NCBI RefSeq assembly: GCF_006345805.1
Contig: NC_043020.1
Coordinates: forward strand, 15,996,001 to 16,060,000
Length of the DNA stretch: 64,000 bases
Source: Octopus sinensis
Taxonomy: Eukaryota
Reading direction: 5' to 3'
The notes below the pieces were generated by a model that was not told where the DNA came from, searched no databases, and saw only the letters and a list, made by a program, of their open reading frames with translations. A program made the position numbers and the translations under genes. Every line of letters starts with the position of its first letter. The stretch's first letter is position 1. This document shows positions 62,706 through 64,000 of the stretch, one piece after another.

Positions 62706-64000
62706 CAGGGTGACCATAATGTCTGGTCACATGGGGAATATCACTGGTATTCTTGTGGAATGGGCTCCTTATTCATCAACCAGATTTTAATCCCCTTGAC
62801 TTCTTTTTCTAGGGTATGCGGATGAAGGTGTACTCAATGAAAATCACAGATATGAATCATCTGAATTAATGCCACATGAATAAATGTAGTCAAATTGATG
62901 TAAATGTGGAGTTATTGCATCAGTTTCATTTGACTCTTGCACAGCACTTTGAACTTTGTGGTGAAAACCATGTTGAAAATGTTATTAATATAGCTGGACT
63001 ATTACATTTGGAGTGCAGTCAAGACAGAGGTCAATCAATGTCCCCATAACACCATACAATCTCTCAAGTCCATCTTAACCAGCACTATGGTAAAAATTGG
63101 TAAAAAGCATCTGATTCAGGCATCTCAACACTTCTGATTTCCTCATTCACCAACCAGATTTCAGTCTCCTTGACTTCTCTTTCTGGGGTATACTGAAGGA
63201 GACGGTGTAATCAGTGAAAATTACAGGTATGAATCACCTGAAGGAACACTTCATGGATGAATGTGATCAAAGTGATGGAAATGTGCAGTTGCTGAATTGA
63301 GCTCCTTTGGATCTTGCAGAGCGTATCAAACTTTCAACTCTGATGGTAGAAACCATGTTGAAAAAGTTATTCATCAATGTAGTTGGACTATTACGTACGG
63401 AGCTGGAGCATAGTCGAGAAAAAGGTCAAACAACGTCTCCATACCACCAGAGAATCTCTTGAGTTCGCCACAACCAGCACTTTGCCAAAAACTGGTAAAA
63501 ATCCTCTCATCTGATTCAGGCATTTCAACACTTCTGACCTCCTCATGCATCATCCAGATTTTAATACCTTTGATCTATTTTTCTGGGGTACGTTGAAGGA
63601 GAGGGTAATACTCAATGAAAACCATAGATGCGAATTATCTGAAGGAACACAGCATGAATGAATGAGCTCAAATTGGTGGAATTCAGGTTCACGTGAACCT
63701 TGCATGTATCAAACTTTGCAACTCTAATAGTAGAAACCATGAAAATGCTATTCATCAATGGAACTGAATCATAGTCGAGAGGGAGGTCAAACAACATTGC
63801 CATAACACCCTACAATCTCTTGGGTATGCCATAACTAACACTTTGCCAAAAATTGTTAAAAATCTTCTCATCTGATTTGGGCATCTCAAGACTTCTGATT
63901 TCTTCATTCACCAACCAGATTTTAGCCTCCTTGATTTCTTTTTCTGAGGTATACTGAAGGAGACGGTGTAATCAGTGAAAATTACAGGTATGAATCACCT
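62706..64000 (+). mobile_element. Tandem array (at least 3.5 units of 360-400 bp) of a Tc1/mariner transposase C-terminus; runs off the window
   Basis: Each unit encodes a decayed PDFNPLDFFFWG..K..VYS.KIT..NHL...NHVE (the WPPxSPDLxPLDFFLWG motif). CAGATTT markers at 62781, 63155, 63555 and 63916. TIR-like CAGGGTGACC at 62706. Confidence 0.85.

Overview
AT-rich eukaryotic genomic DNA. The SINE families and the extreme (AT)n/(CA)n/(ATC)n/(TAA)n microsatellite load point to a cephalopod, most likely Octopus (inferred, not database-checked). I could not identify any intact host protein-coding exon, and nearly all long ORFs in the supplied track are microsatellite artefacts. The window is a transposon graveyard. 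It holds dozens of copies of about five tRNA-headed or related SINE families, three decayed mariner elements, a short Tc1/mariner-type MITE, and a tandem array of a Tc1/mariner transposase C-terminus running off the right edge. It also holds an RTE 3' fragment with a 15-bp TSD, an RTEX-like RT with an inverted 5' half, four R4/Dong-like restriction-endonuclease 3' ends sitting in (TAA)n, and a Helitron helicase remnant with non-autonomous Helitron-like ends. Many local tandem duplications and higher-order repeats are present. The most notable observations are: several degenerate type-I hammerhead-ribozyme-like motifs (Penelope/retrozyme-type); a CpG-retaining promoter-like island at about 3.55-5.55 kb; a 4x34-bp higher-order minisatellite; a MITE that carries a SINE fragment; and a twin-priming-like LINE inversion. 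All translations, counts and folds were done by eye, so coordinates are approximate to a few bases unless exact motifs are quoted.
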